Origin: Elusimicrobiota bacterium
GTDB lineage: Bacteria > Elusimicrobiota > Elusimicrobia > UBA1565 > JACRDR01
Direction of reading: 5' to 3'
Assembly (NCBI GenBank): GCA_041694815.1
Contig: JBGFSC010000034.1
Coordinates: forward strand, 1 to 64,000
DNA length: 64,000 nucleotides
The notes below the pieces were generated by a model. The model saw only the letters and a list, made by a program, of their open reading frames with translations, was not told the origin of the DNA and did not search any database. Made by a program: the position numbers and the translations under genes. Every line of letters begins with the position of its first letter. Positions within the stretch are counted from its first letter, which is position 1. This document shows, piece after piece, positions 11,335-21,654 of the stretch.

Positions 11335-13076
11335 AGGCCAGCCGCCTCCTACTGCCGACCCTGCGGGAGGCCCCCTCCGACGCCGACAACGTATCCGCGA
11401 AGCTGATGCAGCGCGCGGGCATGATCCGCAAGCTCGCGGCAGGGCTTTACGAATGGCTGCCCCTCGGCCTTCGAACCCTGCGCAAGGTCGAGCGGATCGT
11501 ACGCGAGGAGATGGACCGCATCGGCGGACAGGAGCTGTGGCTGCCGGTGGTACAGCCCAAGGAACTCTGGGAGGAGACTGGGCGCTGGAGGGTGTACGGC
11601 AAGGAGCTCCTGCGCCTGAAGGACCGCAAAGGAGGGGAATTCTGCTTCGCGCCGACGGCCGAGGAGGTCGTCACCGATCTGGTGCGGCGCGAGGTCCGCT
11701 CCTGGCGGCAGCTGCCCCTCATGCTCTATCAGTTCGGACTCAAGTTCCGCGACGAGATACGGCCGCGGTTCGGTGTCATGCGCGCGCGGGAATTCCTGAT
11801 GAAGGACGCCTATTCCTTCCACGCCGACGACGAGGATTGCAAGCGCTACTACGAGGAAGTCTTCGAGGCCTATCGAAGGGTTTTCGAGCGCTGCGAGCTG
11901 AAATTCAAGCCGGTGGAGGCGCAGTCGGGCGCCATCGGCGGCTCTTTCTCCCACGAGTTCATGGTGCTCGCCGAGACCGGCGAGGAAACGGTGGTGGCCT
12001 GCACGAGCTGCGCCTACGGCGCGAACATCGAACGGGCCGAATGCCTGCCTCCCGCCGGCCTCGACACCGAATCCCCCTCCTCTCTCGAGGAGGTCCATAC
12101 TCCGGGTATGGGCGGCGTCGAGGAGGTCTCCGCCTTCCTCAAGATCCCGGCCCGCAAGTTCTTAAAGACCCAGCTCTACATGGCCGACGGCATCCCCTTG
12201 ATGGCGCTGGTGCGCGGCGACCACGAGCTCAACGAGCCCAAGCTGGCCCGGGCTTCGGGCGCCGCGCTGCTTGAGCGCGCCAGCGAGTCGCAGTACCAGT
12301 CCATCGCCGGCTGCGAGGTCGGCTTCGCCGGACCCGTGCGCCTTCCGTTGTGGAAGGCCCCGGACGGCCAGAAGATCACGCCGCGCGTCATCGCCGACCT
12401 GTCGCTTAAGGGGCTCGTCAACGGGATCAGCGGTGCCAATCGCCGCGACACCCATTTGATGAACATCAATCCCGAGCGCGATTTCCGGCCGGAGGCCTAC
12501 GCCGACCTACGCATGGCAACGCCGCAGGACCCTTGCCCGCGCTGCGGCTCGAAAGTGGAGTTCGCCAAGGGCATCGAGGTGGGGCATACCTTTAAGCTTG
12601 GCATCAAGTATTCGCAGGCCCTGGGCGCCGTCTACCTGGACGCAGCCCAGAAGACGCGGACGATGGTGATGGGCTGTTATGGCATCGGGGTATCGCGCGT
12701 CGTGGCGGCGGCCATCGAGCAGAACCACGACGAGAACGGTATCCGCTGGCCCCTCCCCTTGGCGCCCTTCGCCGTGGTCGTCGTCCCAGTCGAAAGCGAG
12801 GACGCCGCGGTGCGCGAGGCGGCGAACGCCCTTTATAAAGGATTATGGGACAAAGGCGTCGAGACCCTGCTCGATGACCGGCAGGAGCGTCCCGGCGTGC
12901 GATTTAAGGACGCCGATTTAATCGGCATCCCTTTCCGCGTCGTGGTAAGCCTCAAGACGCTCAAGGACGGTCAGGTGGAATTTAAATCTCGCATTTCAAC
13001 TGATGTCGAACGCCTCAAGGTCGATCAGGCCTTGGAGCGTTTGATAGATTTAGTCACTCCCGCCGTTCGAGTCTAA
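11331..13076 (+). CDS. proS: Proline--tRNA ligase (with editing domain)
   Basis: FRDEIRPRFGVMRAREF, GIEVGHTFKLG, MGCYGIGVSR. Confidence 0.97.
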   Translation: MKASRLLLPTLREAPSDADNVSAKLMQRAGMIRKLAAGLYEWLPLGLRTLRKVERIVREEMDRIGGQELWLPVVQPKELWEETGRWRVYGKELLRLKDRKGGEFCFAPTAEEVVTDLVRREVRSWRQLPLMLYQFGLKFRDEIRPRFGVMRAREFLMKDAYSFHADDEDCKRYYEEVFEAYRRVFERCELKFKPVEAQSGAIGGSFSHEFMVLAETGEETVVACTSCAYGANIERAECLPPAGLDTESPSSLEEVHTPGMGGVEEVSAFLKIPARKFLKTQLYMADGIPLMALVRGDHELNEPKLARASGAALLERASESQYQSIAGCEVGFAGPVRLPLWKAPDGQKITPRVIADLSLKGLVNGISGANRRDTHLMNINPERDFRPEAYADLRMATPQDPCPRCGSKVEFAKGIEVGHTFKLGIKYSQALGAVYLDAAQKTRTMVMGCYGIGVSRVVAAAIEQNHDENGIRWPLPLAPFAVVVVPVESEDAAVREAANALYKGLWDKGVETLLDDRQERPGVRFKDADLIGIPFRVVVSLKTLKDGQVEFKSRISTDVERLKVDQALERLIDLVTPAVRV

Positions 13077-13149
13077 TCAGCAAACACCTGCCTTTTTGTA
13101 CTTAAAAGGGAACTAATTCACTTCTTGCTCGTATATATATGTGGATAAC

Positions 13150-13167
13150 TTCCGCGCTAGCGCGGAA
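13150..13167. promoter_or_regulatory. Perfect 18-bp palindrome directly before the SD of the HNH gene
   Basis: TTCCGCGCTAGCGCGGAA followed by AGGAGG; TGTGGATAA at 13140-13148. Confidence 0.6.
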
Positions 13168-13179
13168 AGGAGGATAACA

Positions 13180-14127
13180 ATGATTGAAATATCTGCACTT
13201 TCTGATACCGAGCTGACGGAACATCTTCATTTGTGTGTAGCTAGGGAAAATGAGTCGCTCGCAGATGTAATTATTGCTCTTGATGAATTTGACAAACGAA
13301 AGGTTTATGCGGATAAGGCCTATGCAAGTTTATTTATCTATTGCACAAAAGCTCTAGGTTTTTCTGAAGATGCAGCCTTTCGTCGTATTCAAATCGCACG
13401 CAAATATAGAGAGTTTCCTTCGATCATTGAGCGTATTCGTTGCGGCGCCCTGTCACTTACAGTAGCGAATATCATCGCGCCGCACCTGACTTCTGAGAAT
13501 CACCGAAGACTTATCGACCAGGCCTCTGGCAAATCACGAAAGGAAGCTGAGAGACTTGTCGCCTCAGCCTGGCCGAAGCCGGCCGCTCACGACGTAATCC
13601 GATCCATAGTTATTCCCGCGGTGCAACAGGAAATTCCCATTAAAAAAGATGAGTCAGCTTCCAATTACATGCCGAAGGAATTCGTTAGGATCGCATTCAC
13701 AGCGAACGCTACGTTTCATGAGAAATTAAAATGCTGTCGTGACCTGTTAAGTCATAAATATCCCTTTGGACAGCTTGATGGTATTTTTGAAGATGCAATG
13801 GACGCCTTGCTCGATAAAAAAGATCTTCAACGTTGTTCAGTCCGACCTCGAATTCGTTGTTCAAACCCCTTTTCAAGGACAATTCCTCGTTGGGTCAGAG
13901 ACAGGGTATGGCGTCGAGACAACGGACGTTGTGGTTTTATTAGTGAAGAAGGGCGTCGTTGCGAATCGACAAAATTCCTTGAATTTGACCATGTAAAGCC
14001 TTGGTCTCAAGGCGGTCGTTCCAATGACCTGAAAAATATTCGTCTGCTGTGTCGCACCCACAATCAAAGGGAAGCAAGAAGGCTTTTAGGCTATGGGAAC
14101 TCAAAGTCGTTGCAACGTCAAACCTGA
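13180..14127 (+). CDS. HNH endonuclease with N-terminal helical (DUF222-like) region
   Basis: VWRRDNGRC..RC..LEFDHVKPWSQGG..NIRLLCRTHN; SD AGGAGG; much lower GC than neighbours. Confidence 0.88.
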   Translation: MIEISALSDTELTEHLHLCVARENESLADVIIALDEFDKRKVYADKAYASLFIYCTKALGFSEDAAFRRIQIARKYREFPSIIERIRCGALSLTVANIIAPHLTSENHRRLIDQASGKSRKEAERLVASAWPKPAAHDVIRSIVIPAVQQEIPIKKDESASNYMPKEFVRIAFTANATFHEKLKCCRDLLSHKYPFGQLDGIFEDAMDALLDKKDLQRCSVRPRIRCSNPFSRTIPRWVRDRVWRRDNGRCGFISEEGRRCESTKFLEFDHVKPWSQGGRSNDLKNIRLLCRTHNQREARRLLGYGNSKSLQRQT

Positions 14128-14145
14128 ATGTTATAATAGGCGCCT

Positions 14146-14655
14146 GTGTTTTTTCTTAATTTTTTCCGTTATTTGGCCACGGCATTGGCCGCCCAGGACA
14201 GCGCGAAGGCGTTGGCCGGCGGCTTCGCCCTCGGTTTTTGGGCCGGGTTGGTGCCGAAAAGCAGCCTGCTGGCCCATCTGCTACTCATCGTGATCTCGAT
14301 GACCCGGGTCAACCTGGCGGTCGGCTACCTCTCTGCCCTGATCTTCAGCGCGCTTTCGGTGGGCATCGACCCGATCGCCCATGCCGTCGGCAATGTTCTT
14401 TTGACGAAGCTTGATGTCCTGAAGCCATTATGGGTTTACCTCTATAATCTACCCATCGTTCCTTGGACGCAATTCAACAATACCATCGTGTTGGGTTTCT
14501 TCCTGATCGGCGGGGCGCTGAGCTATCCCCTCTATCGGCGTAGCATTCCTCTCTTCGAGCAATACGGCCATACCTTCGGAGCGACGCTGCAAAAATGGCG
14601 CGTTTCCAAGATCCTGCTCGGCGCCTCCTGGTGGCAGCGCTTAAAGGGTCCCTGA
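14146..14655 (+). CDS. TIGR03546-family membrane protein
   Basis: LAGGFALG..LYNLPIVPWTQFNNTIVLG; precedes TIGR03545-like partner. Confidence 0.8.
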   Translation: MFFLNFFRYLATALAAQDSAKALAGGFALGFWAGLVPKSSLLAHLLLIVISMTRVNLAVGYLSALIFSALSVGIDPIAHAVGNVLLTKLDVLKPLWVYLYNLPIVPWTQFNNTIVLGFFLIGGALSYPLYRRSIPLFEQYGHTFGATLQKWRVSKILLGASWWQRLKGP

Positions 14656-16412
14656 TGCGCTGGTCCTACATCGTCCCGCGCCTCATTATCCTGGGCCTCC
14701 TGTGGTCCTTTTTTGCCTTGGCTTTCGATCCCCTGCTCCGCTGGGGCCTGCAATCGGGCGGCAGCTCCGCCTTGGGAGCCAAGGTGGAGATCGGCCGTCT
14801 GCGCACCCGCTTTTTCCCTCCCTCCATCGAGCTCGACCGCTTCTCCGCCGCCGATCCCGGCCAGCCCATGAGCAACATGCTTGAATTCTCCTCGGCTCGC
14901 CTGAGACTTCAAGGCCGTCCCCTGCTCGAGCGCAAGATCGTCGTGGACCAGGCCTCATTGTCGGGGATCGCTTTCGGGACTGCCCGGAAAAGCTCCGGGG
15001 CCCTGCCGCGCCGGCCCCAGTCCAAGGCCGCGAAAATGATGGGGGAATGGGTGCAGTCGAGTAAGGCGATGCCCCTGCGGGCGTGGACTTCCGCCAAGTC
15101 GGAGGCCGTGGAGCGTTATCAAGTGAAGCCGGAGGACCTTTCTTCCCTACGGATGAGCGAGGAGCTCAAAAAGAAGTGGCCTTCGGCCTTCCAAGCTTGG
15201 CAGGAACGGATCAAGGCCGTCGACGCCGAAGGAAAGGCCGCCCGGCTGCAGGAGCTTTTCGAGGAGGCTCAGAAATCCAAGGACGCGCCGGCCCGGATCC
15301 AGAAGGCCGCCGAGCTGCAGAGGCAAGCGCAGCAATTCCGGCAGGAGATAGGTTCTCTCAAGAAAGAGCTGGAGGCCCAGGCATCTCAGGCCCGCGCTGA
15401 TTTGGACGCCGTAGCGAGGGCGAAGGCCTCCGATATCGAGAATTTACGCGGCAAGCTGCAGCTGCCGAGCTTCGACGCCGAGGCCCTCTCCGCCTTCCTG
15501 TTGGGCGAGCAGGCCAGCGCGCGGATACTCAAGGCCTTGAGGCTTTTGGAAACGGCGAGGCGCTACATGCCTGCCAAATCGTCTCCCCCGAAGCCGACGC
15601 GGAGCCGTGGATTGACCGTGGAATTCCCTAGGGAGAAGTCCTGGCCGGCCTTCTGGCTGGTGCGCACGGGCCTATCGGGCAGCGTCGATCTAGGAGCCCC
15701 TCTCGATTTCTCCGGGGAGGCGGCGGATTTCTCCTCGAACCCGCCGCTTGTCGGACGTCCGGCGACCTTGAAACTTCGAGGCGGCCAGGGGGCGCGCCGG
15801 GCGAATTTGGAGGCCGTTTTGGACCATACGGGCGAGGTTCCGGCGGATTCCCTGCGATTCGACTACGCGGGCCTTCCCATGGCGGCTATGAAGGTCGGGG
15901 ATTCCGCCTCGTTCGCGCTGGGAATAGGAGCCGGGACCGCCTCCATTTCCGGTAGCATCGGGCTCAAGGGAGACGCGCTGGAGGGCAGCATCGCCTTCCG
16001 GCAGGACGGGGTCACGCTCGAGCCGTCCTTCAGCGGCCCATCGGAAACCGGCCGCCTTTTGGGCGGGGCCTTCGCCGGGATCCGTTCCTTGGAGGGCAGG
16101 CTTCTGCTGGGCGGCACCCTCGATAAACCGCAGATCCGGATTTCCTCGAACCTTGGCGCCGCCTTGAGCCAGGGGCTTAAGGCTTCGCTGGGCAAGGAGA
16201 TCCAAGCCAGGACGAAGGAGTTGGAGGCGCAGGTCTCCCGCCTGGTGGATGGATCCCTCAGTCAGCTCAAGGGCGAGCTCGACGGGCAGACGCGGCAGGC
16301 GCTGGCCGCGCTGGGCGTCGGCGATCAAAAGCTCGATGAGCTGCAACGCAAGATCCAAGACCAACTTAAACTCCCGCTAAAGATCCCAAGCTTCAAGAAG
16401 CTGGGACTCTAG
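14655..16412 (+). CDS. TIGR03545-family membrane-anchored protein
   Basis: MRWSYIVPR + TM, ADP..PMSNMLEF, FGTARKSSGAL, coiled coils, ISSNL; TGATG coupling. Confidence 0.8.
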   Translation: MRWSYIVPRLIILGLLWSFFALAFDPLLRWGLQSGGSSALGAKVEIGRLRTRFFPPSIELDRFSAADPGQPMSNMLEFSSARLRLQGRPLLERKIVVDQASLSGIAFGTARKSSGALPRRPQSKAAKMMGEWVQSSKAMPLRAWTSAKSEAVERYQVKPEDLSSLRMSEELKKKWPSAFQAWQERIKAVDAEGKAARLQELFEEAQKSKDAPARIQKAAELQRQAQQFRQEIGSLKKELEAQASQARADLDAVARAKASDIENLRGKLQLPSFDAEALSAFLLGEQASARILKALRLLETARRYMPAKSSPPKPTRSRGLTVEFPREKSWPAFWLVRTGLSGSVDLGAPLDFSGEAADFSSNPPLVGRPATLKLRGGQGARRANLEAVLDHTGEVPADSLRFDYAGLPMAAMKVGDSASFALGIGAGTASISGSIGLKGDALEGSIAFRQDGVTLEPSFSGPSETGRLLGGAFAGIRSLEGRLLLGGTLDKPQIRISSNLGAALSQGLKASLGKEIQARTKELEAQVSRLVDGSLSQLKGELDGQTRQALAALGVGDQKLDELQRKIQDQLKLPLKIPSFKKLGL

Positions 16413-16477
16413 GCCCCTCGAAATCAGGGACCTTGGCCTGATATTCTACGGCGGCCTCAATCGATATAATCCGAAGT

Positions 16478-16912
16478 ATGAAAAAGCTTTGTTTGTGCCT
16501 CGCGATCGCCTGTGGCTCTAGCGCCTCGGCGGGGGAATGGGAAACCCATCTTCAAAAGATCATCCGCGACGTCAAATCCTGGAAAAGCCAAGCGAATTGG
16601 GTGGAACGCAAAGGGTTCGTGACCAAAAGGTATCTGGAGTCCGGCGCAGGCAGCCGCGAATTGCTGGTGCTCATGGGCGGCGGTTCCGAGGAGTACGTCC
16701 TCCGCCAACGCCGCGGCCTTCCCCTCCCCAATTCGGGTCTCGAGAGATTCGTCGGCAAGGTCGTCTCTTGCCAGGGCCGGATTCTGGAGCAGGACTCCTA
16801 CCCCCCGGTGCTCGAGGTCTCCCACTGCCGCGGCTATTCTGGCAAATGGCTTGGCTCTGACGGCAAGACCCTGGTCATCGAGGAAGGCGATCTGCGCGGT
16901 TTCCAGCGCTAA
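16478..16912 (+). CDS. Hypothetical exported protein
   Basis: Signal peptide MKKLCLCLAIACGSSASA; TATAAT 7 nt upstream. Confidence 0.6.
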   Translation: MKKLCLCLAIACGSSASAGEWETHLQKIIRDVKSWKSQANWVERKGFVTKRYLESGAGSRELLVLMGGGSEEYVLRQRRGLPLPNSGLERFVGKVVSCQGRILEQDSYPPVLEVSHCRGYSGKWLGSDGKTLVIEEGDLRGFQR

Positions 16913-16919
16913 TCGAGGT

Positions 16920-16948
16920 TTGACTCCCGAAAATCCGATTGCTATAAT
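16920..16948 (+). promoter_or_regulatory. Sigma70 promoter of the rimP operon
   Basis: TTGACT (16920-25), 17-bp spacer, TATAAT (16943-48). Confidence 0.85.
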
Positions 16949-16966
16949 TAGTTTGTAACCACTGCG

Positions 16967-16997
16967 AAAAGTGGCCGAAGCTCGAGCCACTTTTTTT
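16967..16997 (+). terminator. rimP leader hairpin / attenuator-like terminator
   Basis: AAAAGTGGC..GCCACTTTT stem followed by a T run, between promoter and rimP. Confidence 0.7.
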
Positions 16998-17010
16998 ATT
17001 CCCTAACGAT

Positions 17011-17469
17011 ATGCCGGACTTAGCGAAGATAGAACAGACGGTGCAAGGCATTTTGGACCAGGAGGCTTTCGAATTGGTCGACCTGCGCTACCTCAACGAT
17101 GGGGGCCGATGGGTGCTTCGCTTCTACGTGGACAAGGCCGGCGGGGTCAAGCTCGACGATTGCGAGTATCTCTCCAACCGCATCGGGGCCATGCTAGACA
17201 TCACCGATTTGATGCCGAGCCGCTACACGCTGGAGGTCTCCTCCCCGGGTATGAATCGGGTGCTCAAAAAGGAAAAGGATTTCTTGCGCTTCCAAGGGCA
17301 TCGCGTAAAGTTGCGTTTGAAGAGCCCCGAGGGCGGACAGCGCCAATTTCGCGGGTTCCTCAAGCCCATGGAAGGTAACTTGGTCGTGCTGGAAGCAGGG
17401 GAAAAGACCGTGCGTTTCGCGATAGATCGCATCGACGAGGCTCGGCTTGACCCCGAGATTGAAATTTAG
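17011..17469 (+). CDS. rimP: Ribosome maturation factor RimP
   Basis: LRFYVDK..DDC..YTLEVSSPG; precedes nusA. Confidence 0.95.
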   Translation: MPDLAKIEQTVQGILDQEAFELVDLRYLNDGGRWVLRFYVDKAGGVKLDDCEYLSNRIGAMLDITDLMPSRYTLEVSSPGMNRVLKKEKDFLRFQGHRVKLRLKSPEGGQRQFRGFLKPMEGNLVVLEAGEKTVRFAIDRIDEARLDPEIEI

Positions 17470-17479
17470 GCGGGAAACC

Positions 17480-18823
17480 ATGAGTTCGATATCCGGAGCC
17501 AAAAGTCCCCTCATCCTGGCCCTCGAGCAGATCGAGCGGGAAAAGGGAATCAAGAAGGACGACGTGCTCAAGATGATCGAGGGCGCGATCGTCAGCGCCC
17601 TGCACAAGCACGTGGGCAAGGACGCCATCATCGAGTGCCTCATCGATCCGGACACGGCTAATATCAAGGCCAACGTGGTCAAGAGGGCCCTATCCCAACC
17701 CGTCAATCCGGACACCGACATCTCGCTCGAGGACGCGCGGCGCTACAAACCCAAGATCGCCGAGGGAGAGGAGCTTAAGATCCCCATCGAAACTGAGGAC
17801 TTCGCGCGCATCGCCGCCCAGACGGCCAAACAGGTGCTGACCCAGCGCATGCGCGAAGTCGAGAGGGACAATCTCTACGAGGAGTTCAAGCCGAAGGAGG
17901 GCGAGGTCGTCAGCGGCAGCGTGCACCGCTTCATGGAGCGCAACATCATCGTTGACCTAGGCAAGACGGAAGCCATCATGCCGCTGCGCGAGCAGATCCG
18001 GCGGGAGCGCTACGGCATCGGCGACCGGGTACGCGGCGTCATCCTGAAAGTGGACAAGGCTCAGCGGGGGCCTCAGGTGCTCCTCTCGCGGGCGACCCCT
18101 CTTTTCCTGCGCCGCCTGCTCGAGACGGAGGTGCCCGAGATCGGCGAGAAGATCGTCGAGATCGTAGACATCGCCCGCGACCCGGGTTTCCGCGCGAAGG
18201 TCGTTGTCCGCTCCAACAATCCCAAGGTGGACGCCGTGGGCGCCTGCATCGGGATTAGGGGCTCGAGGATCCGCAGCATCATGAATGAGCTATCTGGTGA
18301 GCGCATCGACCTAGTACTCTTTTCGGACGAGCTCAGCGGCTTTATCTCGAACTCTTTCACCCCCGCCAAGGTCTCCTCGGTCCGCATCCTCGACAAGGAA
18401 AACAAGAAGGCGGAGGTTATCGTCCCTAACGACCAGCTTTCCCTGGCCATCGGGAAGGAAGGCCAGAATATCCGGCTGGCATCGAAGCTCACGGGGTGGA
18501 GCCTAGAGGTCAAATCGGAGAGCCAGCGCATCGAGGAGGCCCGCAGCCTTCAAGAGAGCCGGGTGGCGGACTTGACCGAGCTCGAGGGGGTAGGCCCCAA
18601 GGCGGCGGAAGTGCTGGTCAAGGCGGGCATGTCGGACATCTATCGTCTGGCCACGTTCAAGACGGAGGATCTCATGACGCTCCAAGGGATCGGCGAGAAG
18701 ACGGCCGCCAAGATCATCGCCAGCGCGAAGCAATACGTCAGCGAACACCCTCCCAAGGGCGAGGAACCGCGTCCTGTGGCCGAGAAGCCGGCGGAAGGAA
18801 CGGCGGAGGCGTCGTCGTCATAA
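17480..18823 (+). CDS. nusA: Transcription factor NusA
   Basis: FARIAAQTAKQV, S1 and KH domains, SLAIGKEGQN, HhH C-terminus. Confidence 0.97.
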   Translation: MSSISGAKSPLILALEQIEREKGIKKDDVLKMIEGAIVSALHKHVGKDAIIECLIDPDTANIKANVVKRALSQPVNPDTDISLEDARRYKPKIAEGEELKIPIETEDFARIAAQTAKQVLTQRMREVERDNLYEEFKPKEGEVVSGSVHRFMERNIIVDLGKTEAIMPLREQIRRERYGIGDRVRGVILKVDKAQRGPQVLLSRATPLFLRRLLETEVPEIGEKIVEIVDIARDPGFRAKVVVRSNNPKVDAVGACIGIRGSRIRSIMNELSGERIDLVLFSDELSGFISNSFTPAKVSSVRILDKENKKAEVIVPNDQLSLAIGKEGQNIRLASKLTGWSLEVKSESQRIEEARSLQESRVADLTELEGVGPKAAEVLVKAGMSDIYRLATFKTEDLMTLQGIGEKTAAKIIASAKQYVSEHPPKGEEPRPVAEKPAEGTAEASSS

Positions 18824-18835
18824 GGCGGAACCATC

Positions 18836-21244
18836 ATGGAAAAGAAAAAAACGAGCAAAAAGACGATTTCTGATAAGCCGAAGAAGAAGGCCGAAGCCGA
18901 GAAAAAGCCCAAGAAAACAGTCAAGGCGAAAAAGTCCGACGAATTAGAAAAGCTGGGGGTGCGCCGTCAGGCCGCGGAAACCCGCAAAACCCAGGAAAAG
19001 GATTCGATAGCCCCCCCCACCGAACACCTGGTCGACGCCTTCGCCCGCCTTCGAACGAGCAGTGCGCAGCGCCAGGCCCCTTCCATCACGCGATTGTCGG
19101 CGGGCAGCAGTTTGGCGCCCAAGCCGCCGGTCCCGCCGATCCCCAAACCCCCCGCCCCGGCGCCTGGCAAGCCGACGGCTGCTTCGGCTCCGGCCGCAAC
19201 GCCCGCCGCCTCGGCGGCGGCTCCGGCCGCGGCACCTCCCAAGCCAGCTACGCTTGCTCCCAAGCCGGTCTCGGCTCCGCCCGCCGCGGCGCCGACTGTC
19301 CCGCCCCCTCCGCCGCCTGCCAGACCCGCGGCTCCTCCGCCGGCCGTAAGCAAGCCGGCGCAAAAGCCCGCCGCGCCCGCACCGCCTAAACCGATTCAGG
19401 CCCCCAAGCCGGCGGCGGCGCCCCCTCCGGCGCCGGTCCCGTCCAAGCCGGCGGAACCGGCTCCCAAACCCTCGCTGACGCCGCTCAAGGTGACGACGCA
19501 GGCCACGGTGCGCGAGCTGGCGGAGAAAATGAATGCGAAGGTCAACGATCTCATCAAGAAACTGATGCAGATGGGGGTCTTCGCCACGATCAACCAACGC
19601 CTCGACTCGGAAACGGCGGTGCTCATCGCTCACGACATGGGATTCGACCTGGAGGTCGTCCCCATGCACATGGAGGAGGAGCTCGCCGGCGGCAAGGAGC
19701 AGGCGGACAAACCGGAGAACCTCAAGCCTCGCCCGCCGGTGGTCACCATCATGGGCCATGTCGACCACGGTAAGACCAGCCTGCTCGACGCCATCCGCTC
19801 CACCAACGTCGCTGGCGGGGAAGCCGGGGGGATCACGCAACACATCGGCGCCTACAAGGTCAGCATCCCGAAGGGGGATATCGTTTTCCTCGATACCCCG
19901 GGCCACGAGGCTTTCACCGCGATGCGAGCGCGGGGCGCGAAGGCCACCGATATCGTGGTCCTGGTGGTTTCCGCCGCCGACGGGGTCATGCCACAGACGG
20001 TGGAGGCCATCGACCACGCCAAGGCTGCCGGGGTTCCGATCGTGATCGCGGTCAATAAGGTCGATCTTCCCACGGCCAACCCCCAAAAAATCCGCCAGGA
20101 GCTCAGCGCGCACGGGCTGCTCTCGGAAGAGTGGGGAGGCAAGCATATCTTCGTGGACGTCTCGGCCAAGAAGCGCATAAACCTCGACAAATTGCTCGAG
20201 ATGCTCCTGCTCCAATCCGAGGTGATGGAGCTCAAGGCTAACCCCGATCGTCCGGGAGTCGGCGTCATTCTCGAGGCCAAGCTCGACCCCAAGAAAGGAA
20301 ACGTCGCGACCCTGCTCGTGCAGTCGGGCACCGTGAAGGTGGGCGATTCCTTCGTGGCGGGGCTCACCTACGGCAAGGTCAAGGCCATGGTCACCGATAA
20401 GGGGGAACGCCTCCAGAAGGCGGGGCCGTCCACGCCGGTCGAGCTCTTGGGAATCTCGGGAGGGGTTCCACAGGCCGGGGATCTTTTCAACGTGGTCTCC
20501 AGCGAACGGCAGGCCCGGGAGATCGCGGAGAAGCGCGGCCTGGTGCATCGCGAGGAGGCATTGGCCCACCGCAAGCACATGAGCCTCGTGGGCCTCAAGG
20601 CGCAGGCCGGCGGAAAGGGCGGGAAAACCCTCTCGATCGTGCTCAAGGCGGACACCCAGGGTTCTATACAGGCGATCAAGGACTCCTTGGAAAAGCTTTC
20701 CAACGCCGAAATCCTCGTCAGCGTCATCCACGCCGGCACCGGGAATCTCAACGAGTCGGACGTGCTCCTGGCCAACGCCTCCGACGCGGTCATCCTGCTT
20801 TTCCATGCGGACGCCGACGCCCGCACCGAGGAATTGGCCGCCAGGGCCGGCGTCGAAGTGCGGAAATACGAGATCATCTACGATCTCGTGGCCGACGTCA
20901 AGGCGGCGATGGAGGGATTGCTCGAGCCCGAGATCGTCGAGACCGTGGCGGGACGCGCCGAAATTCGCGAGGTATTCAACGTCCGGGGCGGGAAGATCGC
21001 GGGCTGCATGGTCACCGAGGGCAAGCTAACGCGGGGAGGCGTCGTCCATCTTTTCCGCGGGGCCCAGAAGCTCACCGAGTCCCGGGTGGAGACGCTCAAG
21101 CGCTTCAAGGACGACGTCAAGGAGGTCGAGAAGGGGCTCGACTGCGGCGTGGGGCTGGAGGGTTCGATCGATTTCCAGAAGGGCGACCGCCTCGACGTCA
21201 TCGTTAAGGAAAAAAAGACGAGAAGGTTAGAAGCAGCTAAATAA
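18836..21244 (+). CDS. infB: Translation initiation factor IF-2
   Basis: [32 protein letters not shown]. Confidence 0.98.
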   Translation: MEKKKTSKKTISDKPKKKAEAEKKPKKTVKAKKSDELEKLGVRRQAAETRKTQEKDSIAPPTEHLVDAFARLRTSSAQRQAPSITRLSAGSSLAPKPPVPPIPKPPAPAPGKPTAASAPAATPAASAAAPAAAPPKPATLAPKPVSAPPAAAPTVPPPPPPARPAAPPPAVSKPAQKPAAPAPPKPIQAPKPAAAPPPAPVPSKPAEPAPKPSLTPLKVTTQATVRELAEKMNAKVNDLIKKLMQMGVFATINQRLDSETAVLIAHDMGFDLEVVPMHMEEELAGGKEQADKPENLKPRPPVVTIMGHVDHGKTSLLDAIRSTNVAGGEAGGITQHIGAYKVSIPKGDIVFLDTPGHEAFTAMRARGAKATDIVVLVVSAADGVMPQTVEAIDHAKAAGVPIVIAVNKVDLPTANPQKIRQELSAHGLLSEEWGGKHIFVDVSAKKRINLDKLLEMLLLQSEVMELKANPDRPGVGVILEAKLDPKKGNVATLLVQSGTVKVGDSFVAGLTYGKVKAMVTDKGERLQKAGPSTPVELLGISGGVPQAGDLFNVVSSERQAREIAEKRGLVHREEALAHRKHMSLVGLKAQAGGKGGKTLSIVLKADTQGSIQAIKDSLEKLSNAEILVSVIHAGTGNLNESDVLLANASDAVILLFHADADARTEELAARAGVEVRKYEIIYDLVADVKAAMEGLLEPEIVETVAGRAEIREVFNVRGGKIAGCMVTEGKLTRGGVVHLFRGAQKLTESRVETLKRFKDDVKEVEKGLDCGVGLEGSIDFQKGDRLDVIVKEKKTRRLEAAK

Positions 21245-21291
21245 AACGGGAGGGCCCCACCCGCTGCTCGCCCTCCCGTGGAGAGGGGCGA

Positions 21292-21654
21292 GTGACTATG
21301 CACCAACGCAACGAACGCATCGCGGAGCTTATTCGCCAGGAAATTTCAGTCATCCTGCGGGACGTCAAGGACCCTGGGCTCATGGGCTTGTTGACCGTCA
21401 CCGACCTCAAGTTGACGCGGGACAGGAAATCGGCCGTCGTATTCTATTCCATGCTGGGTACGGCGGAAGAGAAGAAATCAACCGCCAAGGCCCTGGAAAG
21501 ATCCGTGCCCTTCGTGCGCAAGCGGCTGGCGGAGCGCTTGTCGCTGCGCTCCATCCCCAAGGTCGTGTTCGAATACGATCCGACCCCGGAACGCGCCCAG
21601 CGGGTGGAGGCCCTATTGCACGCCATCGAGGAGGAGAAAAAGGGTGGGCATTGA
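21292..21654 (+). CDS. rbfA: Ribosome-binding factor A
   Basis: RIAELIRQEIS..KDP..LRSIPKVVFEYD. Confidence 0.93.
   Translation: MTMHQRNERIAELIRQEISVILRDVKDPGLMGLLTVTDLKLTRDRKSAVVFYSMLGTAEEKKSTAKALERSVPFVRKRLAERLSLRSIPKVVFEYDPTPERAQRVEALLHAIEEEKKGGH

Noticed and set aside
13140..13148. Perfect DnaA box as a possible oriC
   Set aside because: Single box, no cluster, no dnaA/dnaN context
19100..19480. Repetitive CCG/GCC-rich DNA
   Set aside because: Encodes the ordinary Pro/Ala-rich IF2 N-terminal linker; not a repeat array
18944..20806. 620-aa ORF antisense to infB, and many similar long antisense or alternate-frame ORFs
   Set aside because: Shadow ORFs expected from high-GC codon bias opposite well-conserved genes
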